Part shown: in pieces, positions 1 through 8,590 of the stretch
Position numbering within the stretch: position 1 is the stretch's first letter
Layout: each line of letters starts with the position of its first letter
Assembly (NCBI GenBank): GCA_963840665.1
Contig: CAWIZO010000005.1
Span: forward strand, 200,820-232,819
Source of the DNA: Terriglobia bacterium
GTDB lineage: Bacteria > Acidobacteriota > Terriglobia > Terriglobales > Acidobacteriaceae
Direction of reading: 5' to 3'
DNA: 32,000 nt
Program-made: the position numbers and the translations under genes
Notes under the pieces: model-generated
Databases searched by the model: none
Told to the model about the DNA's origin: nothing
Seen by the model: the letters and a program-made list of their open reading frames with translations, nothing else

Positions 1-980
<980 letters not shown>

Positions 981-1151
981 CTATTTTAGCATCGTGGAGA
1001 GGAGCGATAAGGAGGCGATCCAAACGCGCGTTTATGCGTCGCAAAGTACGCGACGCTTCGCGCGGATCGCCCAGATCCCCCTCGGCTTCGCTCGGGGCAG
1101 GCTCTCGCCGCGCAAAAACCGCTTGCTCGGGATGACAAACAAACTGAACCA

Positions 1152-3675
1152 CTATCCGTTGAGGACTTCGCGAACCTTGCGGGAAAGCATTTGCAGGGTG
1201 AAGGGTTTCTGCAGGAAAGCGGTGCCAGAGTCGAGCACGCCTTGGTGGACGATGGCATCTTCGGTGTATCCGGAGAGATAGAGAACTTTGGTCTGAGGAT
1301 GCGTTTGCGCCAAATGCTTGGCGAGTTCGCGGCCGCTCATGCCCGGCATGACAACGTCAGTCACAAGCATGTGAATCGATCCGGTGTAAGAGGCTGCGAT
1401 TTCGAGCGCCTTTTGCCCCTCGTCGGCTTCAAGAACGTTGTAGCCGCGGGCAGCGAGAGTTTCGCGCACGAGTTGCGCGGACGGACTCTTCGTCTTCCAC
1501 GAGCAAGACCGTTTCGGATCCACGCTAGGAGAGTTTTGGCGGCTTGCGATTGGTTAATGGCTCGGCGGCGTCTTCCACGCGCGGGAAAATAGATGCGGAA
1601 GGTGGTGCCCTGTCCGATTTCGCTCTGGGCGAACACATAGCCGCCGCTTTGCTTCACGATGCCGTAGACGGTGGAGAGGCCGAGTCCCGTGCCCTTGCCT
1701 TTTTCCTTGGTCGTAAAGAATGGCTCGAAAATGCGGGACTGAGTTTCCTTGTCCATGCCCTGCCCGTTGTCGGAGATGGCGAGCATGACGTAGGGACCGG
1801 GCTGAATATAGCTGTATTCGCGCCGCCAGTCATCGTCGAGATTCACGTTCGCGGTCTGGATGGTGATCTTGCCGCCGTTGGGCATGGCGTCTTTGGAATT
1901 GACGACCAGATTCATGATGACTTGTTCGATTTGTCCGGCATCGGCGCGGGTGCGGCCGAGGTGCGGCCGCAGGCTTGGTCACGAGCTCGATATTTTCGCC
2001 GATCAGCGGCCGCAGCAACCGCTCTATGTCGGCCACGATGGCGTTCATGTCGACGACTTTCAGTTCGAGCAGTTGTTTGCGGCTGAAGGCGAGCAGCTGA
2101 CGCGTCAGTGTGGTGGCGCGGTCGGCGGCCTGCTGAATCGCTTCGATCTTGGGATACATGCGGATTCGACTGGTCGGTGTTCTCCAGCAGGACTTCGGTG
2201 TATCCGCTAACGACCATTAGGAGATTGTTGAAGTCGTGCGCGACGCCGCCGGCCAGCCGTCCGACGGCTTCCATTTTCTGGGCCTGGCGGAACTGCTCTT
2301 CGAGAACGCGGCGCTCGGTGACGTCTTCGGCGATGACTTCGAGGACTTCGTCGGTTTCGCCGGGTGTACTGACGACGCGGCCGCTCAGGCGGACGGTGAT
2401 GGCGTTGCCATCTTTTTTTTTCCAGCGAACTTCGACGCTGTCGAGGCGAGACGCCACGCTGGAATTCTCCCATGAGGCGGGTCATCTCATCGGGATCGAG
2501 AAAGACGTCGGTTCGGGGAGCGAGAGCAAGAACTGTCTTCGGCGCTGGCGTATCCGAGCATGGCGATCAGCGCCGGGATTCACGTCGAGAAACTTGCCTT
2601 CGAGCGTGGAGCGGTATATGCCATACACCGCGCTTTGAACGAGGGACCGGTAGCGGGCTTCGGAGCGGGTAAGGGCTTCTTCATGACGCTTGTGTTCGAT
2701 AGCGCTCGCGACTTGCTGCGAGACGAACATCAGAATCTCTTTATCTTTGTCACGGAAACGGACCGTCTGGGTCGTAACTCTGCAGCACCAGCACGCCAAT
2801 GGTGTGATTGCTGACTTTGAGGGGGACGCCCATCCAATCGACGGAAGGGGCGCCGATGAGTTCGACTTCATCTTTGACGACAAGATTTTCGAAGACTTCC
2901 GGAGTGCAGAGGAGCGGGTCTGCCGGTGCGAAGAACGTACTCGGTGAGCCCTCGGCCGAGCTTCTTCGGCGTGGGCGTGGGATCTTGTTCGTCGACAAAG
3001 TAGGGAAAACTGAGTAACTGGCGTTGAGGGATCGTAGAGAGCGATGTAGAAGTTTCGGGCATACATCAATTCGCCGACAATGGCGTGGATGGATGCGTAA
3101 AAGTGTTGCAGGTCGGCGGCCGAGCTGGTTCTTTCTGCGATGCGGTAGAGGGCGGAGCTAAGGGTCTCGGCCTTCTTCTGCTCGGTGATGTCGCGGTAGA
3201 GAACGTAGGAAGCAACTTTTTGTCCGGCGATGATGAGGGGCGCGGCCGCGAGGAAGACGTCGAGCAGCGAGCCATCCTTCTTTCGTCGCCGGGTCTCAAT
3301 GGAAACTTTCTGTCCCTGGCTGAGGCGCTCGCCGATCCAGCGGGTTTCGGCCGCGCGATCGGCTGGGACGATGAGTTCGTCGATGCGCCGGCCGACGGAT
3401 TCCTCCGCGGCGAATCCGAACATGCGGATGAATTCTGCGTTTACGCGCAGAATTTCATATTGATTGACAATGCTGACGGCTTCTGGAGCGCATTCGACTA
3501 AGATCTTCGAGATAGGCTTTGTGGGCTTCGGCTTTCGCTTGTCTGGAGGATCGACTTCAGGGTCGGCTTCGTGGGCGCGGGAGAGCGCCGGAGTTCCTCG
3601 CTCCAAGGCTTCCTTCAACAATTTCGCGCGCACAAGGTCAGCGGACTGCGCTGGCCGGGTGAACTTGTCACCCAT
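1152..3675 (-). pseudogene. Hybrid sensor histidine kinase/response regulator (PAS-GAF-PAS-HisKA-HATPase-REC), multiply frameshifted
   Basis: Minus ORF fragments 2482..3675, 2868..3062, 2750..2998, 1912..2457, 1830..2159, 1361..1915 and 1152..1523 read consecutively as one protein. It has a PAS domain (VNAEFIRMFGF), a GAF domain split over three frames (NFYIALYDPST / LLSFPYFVDEQD / VDWMGVPLKVSNHTIGVLVLQSY), a second PAS, HisKA ([12 protein letters not shown]), HATPase ([24 protein letters not shown]) and a receiver domain (ETVLLVEDEE, LVTDVVMPGMSG, LQKPF). Joining the fragments needs about ten 1-nt frame corrections plus read-through of a TAG at 1525-1527. Confidence 0.8.
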
Positions 3676-3793
3676 GGCCCCCCCTCAGAGTAACAAACAA
3701 GGCTAATCGAACGATGTTAGGGCCCTTCCGGGCTGGCCTAAAAGGTTACCGAGGTAATTTGGCATCCGGGGAGTCACGGACTGTGACCGGTGC

Positions 3794-3834
3794 AAAAAGG
3801 AATCGGGATGCGGACCCGCCAGAGTCCGCATCCC
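3794..3834 (-). terminator. Terminator-like hairpin on the minus strand (11-bp perfect stem, 8-nt loop, U5 six nt downstream)
   Basis: GGGATGCGGAC (3805-3815) is perfectly complementary to GTCCGCATCCC (3824-3834). On the minus strand the stem is followed by GAUUCCUUUUUG (A-run 3794-3798 on plus). The 6-nt spacer before the U tract is non-canonical, so confidence is moderate. Confidence 0.4.
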
Positions 3835-3978
3835 TCGTCGTCTACACAGGTTGGAACAGCGGAATTAATTTCGCAGAAGGGCGAGGGAAGTCCAATCGAA
3901 AGAATGAATGCAATGGATTGCTGGAAGCGGGGAAAGATGCGTGCAGAAATAAAGGATCCCGAGGTGATGTTTCGCTCA

Positions 3979-4094
3979 TTCGTCTCGGCCAGTAGCTCGC
4001 GTTAGACCCTTGCTGACCTGCTCTCGTCCCATCCCTTGCGGGTTACGACGCGCGATCTCGCTTGGGCTCCGGGCTCACCGCCAACCGGATAAAC
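3979..4094. repeat. Tandem repeat unit 1 (core)
   Basis: Aligns with 4142-4252 at roughly 70% identity by eye. Shared blocks are TTCG.CTCG.CCAG, TAGACCCTTGCT (4003-4014), CTTGCG, GAT.TCGCT and CCAACCGG..AAAC. The differences are not spaced in threes. Confidence 0.65.
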
Positions 4095-4141
4095 CAGCGT
4101 AACGCCTCGGGATCCTATCTTGCCTTCAACAGGTCTTCTTG

Positions 4142-4252
4142 TTCGCCTCGACCAGCACTTTGCTATAGACCCTTGCTCACCGCCCCTCCATCATCTTGCG
4201 ATGTGGAGAGTGATTTCGCTCGAGCCCCGGACGCCGTACCAACCGGGAAAAC
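4142..4252. repeat. Tandem repeat unit 2 (core)
   Basis: Second copy, offset ~160 nt from unit 1. It contains the identical TAGACCCTTGCT at 4166-4177 and CCAACCGG at 4239-4246. Confidence 0.65.
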
Positions 4253-4738
4253 TTCAGAAGGTGTCAAAGAACGAGTTTGTTGTACTCCTTTTATTTTTGG
4301 AGTCAATAAAAACTGCGCGACTGTATCTGCTTACGATGCAATCGAGTGCAGGCGGTTCACAGGGGGGTGAACCGGAAATTGTGCAGTGGGATTGATGGAG
4401 TGGGAAAACGGTTTGGGGACGAATTGATTTTGGCTGGATTCTTGGTTTGGGAATTTGCTGAGGTTGTCGGCACGGGATATTAGGAGATTGTGAAAATCAT
4501 GGGAAAAAGGGCTGTGGGAGCGGAGTTTCCGGTGAGGGTTAGTGGCGTCTTAAGCTCGCCCTTAGTTTCGGCTAACGGCGGCTTGCCTCTCGGGGTTAGC
4601 GCCTGGTTCGCTGCGCGACTCGGTTCTGGCTGGCGCAGATAGGCTTCTAGTTTGTCTTCGTGGCGAGACGCGGGCGAGGGCGCCCGCGCCACATTGCTGG
4701 GAGTACAATGCCGGGTTCCGGTCATAGGAGGAAGAGGC

Positions 4739-6253
4739 GTGGGCCTGGTGGCTCGATGGGTTGTCCTGGTGGCTTTGACGGCGTCGTTTGCGAGTGCGCA
4801 GAATTCTGCCGAGCAACGGACGGCGAGGTACATGGAGTCGATCCGGCAGCAGCCGCCCCTTCTGTTGGCTTTCTTGCGAGGCATGCCGAAAGGCGGCGAT
4901 CTGCACAATCACCTGGCGGGAGCGGTATACGCGGAGAGTCTGATCGACTATGCCGCAGACAATGGGATGTGCGTAGATCGCACCACCGCGTTCGTGATCG
5001 CGCCGCCTTGCGATTCGTCGTGCGAGAGATTCACCAGCAAGCCGAGGGCGAGCTGCGCGTATGGAGATCAGGTTCTTTACAACTCTCTGATCGATGCCTG
5101 GTCGATGCGGAACTTCAAAACCGAGGATGAGTCGGGTCACGACCATTTCTTCGCGACCTTCGACAAGTTCTTCCCAGCGATGATCAATCATAACGGGGAT
5201 GCGATTGCGGAAGCAGCGGCGCGCGCTGCCGAGGATCATGTGCAATACATGGAACTCATGCATACGGCGGATGGGAACGCGGCGGCGCAATTGGGGGCTA
5301 AAACCGGGTGGGATGACGACCTGGGGAAGTTGCGGCAGAAGTTGGTCGATGGCGGCATGGCTGAAGTTGTGGCGGAGACTCGGGCGCAATTGAACTTGGA
5401 CGAAATGCGCATGCGTTCGGTGCTGCGATGCGGGGCGAAGAATGAAGACGCCGGGTGCAGAGTTACGGTTCGGTATCTGTATCAAGTGCTTCGCGGATTG
5501 CCGAAGGAGCAGGTGTTCGCTCAGATGGTGCTGGGATTTGAGCTGGCAAAGAGCGATCCGCGGTTCGTGGGCTTGAACCTGGTGATGGCGGAGGATTGGT
5601 ATACGCCGATGCATGATTTCGACCTGCACATGAAGATGCTGGACTATCTTCACGGCGTGGATCCGAAGGTCCACATCGCTCTGCACGCCGGGGAACTGGC
5701 AATGGGACTCGTACCTCCCGAGGGATTGCGTTTTCATATTCGCGAGTCGATCGAGCGCGGGCATGCCGAGAGGATCGGGCATGGCGTGGATGTGATGAAT
5801 GAACACGATGCACTGCCGTTGTTGACAGAGATGGCGCAGCGGCGGGTGCTGGTCGAGATCTGCCTGACTTCGAATGACGTGATTCTGGGAGTGCGAGGGA
5901 AGGATCATCCTTTATCGTCGTACCGGAAATTTGGCGTGCCGGTGGCGTTGGCAACGGATGATGAAGGCGTGTCGCGGATGGATTTGACGCACGAGTATGT
6001 GCGGGCGGTTGAGGCCTATGGGTTGTCGTATGCGGATTTGAAAGAGATGGCGAGAGAGAGTCTGGAACACAGTTTCTTGCCCGGTCTCAGTCTGTGGGCC
6101 GACTCGAGGCCTTTTCGCATGGGTGGAGCGTGCGCGGCCGGCGGAGCTTCGAGTTCTTGCAAGAAATTTCTGAGTGCGAATGAGCGGGCGCGCGTGCAGT
6201 GGAAGTTGGAAGAGGCGTTTGCGGAGTTCGAGAAGGGCGTGGCGAGCAGGTAG
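4739..6253 (+). CDS. Adenosine deaminase family protein, long form with N-terminal signal peptide
   Basis: Part of ORF 4652..6253. ADA-fold motifs are present (GGDLHNHLAGAVY, HAGE, GHGV, LTSN, ATDDEGVSR). I place the start at GTG 4739, 7-8 nt after AGGAGG (4726-4731). That gives MGLVARWVVLVALTASFASA-QNS, a Sec-type signal peptide with an ASA cleavage motif. Confidence 0.8.
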   Translation: MGLVARWVVLVALTASFASAQNSAEQRTARYMESIRQQPPLLLAFLRGMPKGGDLHNHLAGAVYAESLIDYAADNGMCVDRTTAFVIAPPCDSSCERFTSKPRASCAYGDQVLYNSLIDAWSMRNFKTEDESGHDHFFATFDKFFPAMINHNGDAIAEAAARAAEDHVQYMELMHTADGNAAAQLGAKTGWDDDLGKLRQKLVDGGMAEVVAETRAQLNLDEMRMRSVLRCGAKNEDAGCRVTVRYLYQVLRGLPKEQVFAQMVLGFELAKSDPRFVGLNLVMAEDWYTPMHDFDLHMKMLDYLHGVDPKVHIALHAGELAMGLVPPEGLRFHIRESIERGHAERIGHGVDVMNEHDALPLLTEMAQRRVLVEICLTSNDVILGVRGKDHPLSSYRKFGVPVALATDDEGVSRMDLTHEYVRAVEAYGLSYADLKEMARESLEHSFLPGLSLWADSRPFRMGGACAAGGASSSCKKFLSANERARVQWKLEEAFAEFEKGVASR

Positions 6254-6292
6254 TTAGGGGCATCGTCGATTGAGTAGGGGTCCTTCGACTCC

Positions 6293-6327
6293 GCATTTTC
6301 ATTCGCTAAATGCGCGAATGGAAATGC
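6293..6327 (+). terminator. 14-bp stem-loop just after the deaminase stop; no U tract
   Basis: GCATTTTCATTCGC (6293-6306) pairs with GCGAATGGAAATGC (6314-6327), giving 13 Watson-Crick pairs plus one G-U and a 7-nt loop. It is followed by TCCGCTCAGGATGACA rather than a T run, so it may be a REP-like hairpin rather than a classical terminator. Confidence 0.35.
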
Positions 6328-6378
6328 TCCGCTCAGGATGACAGGTGGCTGGTTACGGGATAAGGCGAGGAGATTCTC

Positions 6379-7619
6379 TTGGGGCGGTTTACCGGCATTC
6401 TCGGATTGATATCGATGGTTGGGTTGGCTTATTTGTTTTCGACCAACCGGCGGCGCGATCCGGTTCAAGACCGTTGCTTGGGGACTCGGGCTGCAGATTG
6501 TATTTGCGTTTCTGGTATTGCGAGTGGCCGCGGGACGGGCGCTGTTTGCATGGCTGGGACAGGTGATCACGCATTTTCTCGAATACTCCTACGCCGGCTC
6601 TTCATTCCTATTTGGAGATCTAGGGAAGAAACCTCCTCCGGTGTACATCGCGTTTCAAGTGTTGCCGGTGATTATTTTTGTGGCGGCGTTCTTCGCAATT
6701 CTTTATCACTATGGCGTCATGCAATGGGTGATCCGGCAGATGGCGCGTGGGATGATGAGTTTCATGGGAACGAGCGGCGCGGAGTCGATGAATGTTGCGG
6801 CGAGTATTTTCCTGAGGCTGCACGGAGGCGCCGCTGACGATTCGTCCTTTTCTGCCGCGGCTGACGCGGTCGGAACTAATGACGATCATGACCAGCGGCA
6901 TGGCGCACATCAGCGGGGCGGTGATGGCTGCGTACATTGCGTTCGGCATCAGCGCTGAACATCTGCTGGCGGCGGTGATCATGACCGCGCCGGGAACGAT
7001 TCTCATCTCCAAGATGCTGGTGCCGGAGACGGAGCATGCAGTAACTGCAGGCCGCGTCGAGATGACGAACGAAGAGATGGGGGAAGACAAGACCGAGAAT
7101 CTGCTGGCCGCGGTAGCAAAAGGAACGACCGATGGGCTGTATCTGGCTTTGAACGTCGCAGCCATGCTGATCTCTTTTCTCGCACTGATTGCGTTGGGCG
7201 ATGGAATTCTTGGCGCCATCCATAACGGGGTTGCACGTTGGGGCTGGGTTTTCTTCCCTTCCAGCTTCGAACAGATTTTTGGATTCGTGTTCGCTCCGGT
7301 GGCTTGGGTGATCGGCATTCCGTGGAAAGATTGCGGAGCGATTGGGAACTTGCTGGGGACGCGCATGATCTTGAATGAGTTCGTGGCGTTTTCGAAACTG
7401 GCGGGAGAGAAAGCGGCACTCGATCCGCGGTCGTACACGATTGCGACGTTCGCGCTGTGCGGGTTTGCAAACCTCGGGAACATTGGGATTGAGATTGGCG
7501 GGATCGGGTCGCTGGCCCCGAACAAGAGAATTGAACTCGCGAAACTAGGCGTGCGAGCGATGCTGGCGGGGACGATGGCGAATCTGATGGCGGCGAGTAT
7601 TGCGGGGATGCTGTTGTGA
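6379..7619 (+). pseudogene. nupC: NupC/CNT-family nucleoside transporter with two +1 frame disruptions
   Basis: Three plus-strand frames join into one CNT protein: MGRFTGILGLISMVGLAYLFSTNRR (from 6379), then AIRFKTVAWGLGLQIVFAFLVL..GTSGAESMNVAASIFL (the 6419 frame), then G.TEAPLTIRPFLPRLTRSELMTIMTSGMAHISGAVMAAYIAFG.. to 7619. The frame switches lie at about 6448-6456 and 6812-6816. Confidence 0.8.
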
Positions 7620-7629
7620 AGAGCTCTTA

Positions 7630-7700
7630 GCTGTTAGCTCTTGGCTCTTACCTTGAAACGCTTTGGCTAAAGGCTAAGAGCTAAAAGCTAACGGCTTTTT
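7630..7700 (+). terminator. Strong intrinsic terminator: ~25-bp imperfect stem made of AGCTCTTAGC-type simple sequence, followed by T5
   Basis: The left arm GCTGTTAGCTCTTGGCTCTTACC (7630-7652) pairs with the right arm GGCTAAAGGCTAAGAGCTAAAAGCTAACGGC (7665-7695), with a few G-U pairs and mismatches. TTTTT follows at 7696-7700. The structure starts 11 nt after the nupC stop codon. Confidence 0.7.
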
Positions 7701-7702
7701 CC

Positions 7703-8548
7703 ATGACTGACGAATTTACACGCGCGGAATCGGCTGCGGCCTTGATTTTGTCGCGGACTTCTCTTCGTCCGCGGATTGGGTTGGTGCTGGGTTCGGGGTT
7801 GGGTGGGTTCGCCGACGAGCTGGCCGGCGCTACTCGCATTCCTTACTCAGATATTCCTGCGTTCCCCCGCTCTACCGCGATCGGACATGCCGGACAAATG
7901 GTCATCGGCACATCGAATGGCATCGCGGTGGCGGCCATGTCGGGGCGGGTTCATCTTTACGAAGGTTATTCAGCAAAGGAAGTCGCGTTTCCGGTGCGCG
8001 TGTTGGCGCGCATGGGTATTGGCGCGCTGGCGGTCACCAACGCGGCGGGCGGAATTAATTTGGAGTATAAGCAGGGCGCGCTGGTGATCATTACCGATCA
8101 CATTAATTTGCGGGGAGAGAATCCGCTGGTGGGGGCCAATGATGAGCGCTTCGGTCCGCGGTTTCCTGACATGACACAGGCCTATTGGAAGCCGTATCGC
8201 GAGATGGCGTTAGAGGAGGCTCGCAAGTTGCGACTCACTGCTTACCAAGGCGTCTATGCGGGGTTGCTGGGGCCGAGTTTTGAAACTCCGGCGGAGATTC
8301 GATATTTGCGCACGATTGGCGCCGATTTGGTGGGGATGTCGACGATCCCCGAAGTGATTGCGGCGCGGCATATGGGATTGAAGGTGCTGGCAATTTCCTG
8401 CGTGACCAATATGGCCGCGGGAATCCTGGATCAAGTCATCACTCATGAAGAAGTACTCGAGACGACTGAGAGGGTGAAGGGGGAGTTCACGGGATTAGTG
8501 AGAGCATCGATTCAGAGAATCGCAGCAGACGTCGACCGCGGGGGCTAA
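7703..8548 (+). CDS. punA: Purine nucleoside phosphorylase (inosine/guanosine type, PunA/PNP-I family)
   Basis: 281-aa ORF with GLVLGSGLG, AIGHAGQMV, GRVHLYEGY, TNAAGG, GPSFETPAE, VGMSTIPEV and CVTNMAAG motifs typical of trimeric PNP. Confidence 0.9.
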   Translation: MTDEFTRAESAAALILSRTSLRPRIGLVLGSGLGGFADELAGATRIPYSDIPAFPRSTAIGHAGQMVIGTSNGIAVAAMSGRVHLYEGYSAKEVAFPVRVLARMGIGALAVTNAAGGINLEYKQGALVIITDHINLRGENPLVGANDERFGPRFPDMTQAYWKPYREMALEEARKLRLTAYQGVYAGLLGPSFETPAEIRYLRTIGADLVGMSTIPEVIAARHMGLKVLAISCVTNMAAGILDQVITHEEVLETTERVKGEFTGLVRASIQRIAADVDRGG

Positions 8549-8590
8549 ATCCCAATTCAGACCGTACACCTTCCTGTTTATCCACCTACC

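Larger units (their letters stand above)
3794..4272 (-). ncRNA. Candidate structured non-coding RNA or long leader with two tandem homologous domains; family unassigned
   Basis: The interval has no credible ORF. It contains two ~115-nt homologous cores with compensatory hairpin substitutions, and some helices need G-U pairs that exist only on the minus strand. A promoter-like TTGACT(4306-4301)-N16-TACAAC(4284-4279) lies upstream and the terminator-like hairpin at 3834-3805 lies downstream, both on the minus strand. The ends are inferred, not observed. Confidence 0.3.

Noticed and set aside
2411-2420. Homopolymer of nine A (minus strand; T9 on plus) as a slippery or frameshift site in the kinase gene
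   Set aside because: The run encodes KKK in ..[11 protein letters not shown].. and the frame is continuous across it. None of the inferred frame switches maps there.
3714-4395. Plus-strand ORFs of 93, 71, 102 and 91 aa inside the large gap
   Set aside because: They overlap one another, lack Shine-Dalgarno sequences, and have non-protein-like compositions. The tandem repeat they span diverges with non-3-periodic substitutions and indels. A 47-aa ATG ORF at 4499 was likewise not supportable.
3676-4738. Could the gap encode RNase P RNA, tmRNA, 6S/SRP RNA, a tRNA or a purine/SAM/glycine/ykkC-type riboswitch?
   Set aside because: I looked on both strands for the hallmark strings: GAGGAAAGTCCGGGC and ACAGAA.CCGGCTTA for RNase P; GGGG..TTCGAC 5' and TCGAATCC..CCACCA 3' ends for tmRNA; and T-loop GGTTCGA-type motifs. 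None was found. The partial resemblances (GAGGGAAGTCC at 3883; AGGGTCT..CTGGCCGAGAC on minus) are too weak and in the wrong order. This was an eye search only, so a covariance-model scan is still needed.
4562-5908. 448-aa ORF on the minus strand, antisense to the adenosine deaminase gene
   Set aside because: It is a shadow ORF typical of GC-rich DNA. Its translation is His/Arg/Gln/Pro-rich with no recognisable motifs, whereas the plus-strand frame has clear ADA-fold motifs and a signal peptide.
6620-7525. 301-aa minus-strand ORF opposite nupC (similar cases are 18882..19661 opposite the antiporter and 26374..27336 opposite the PhoR-like kinase)
   Set aside because: All of these lie antisense to genes with strong family motifs, and their compositions are Ser/Arg/Ala-rich. 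There is no independent support for them.
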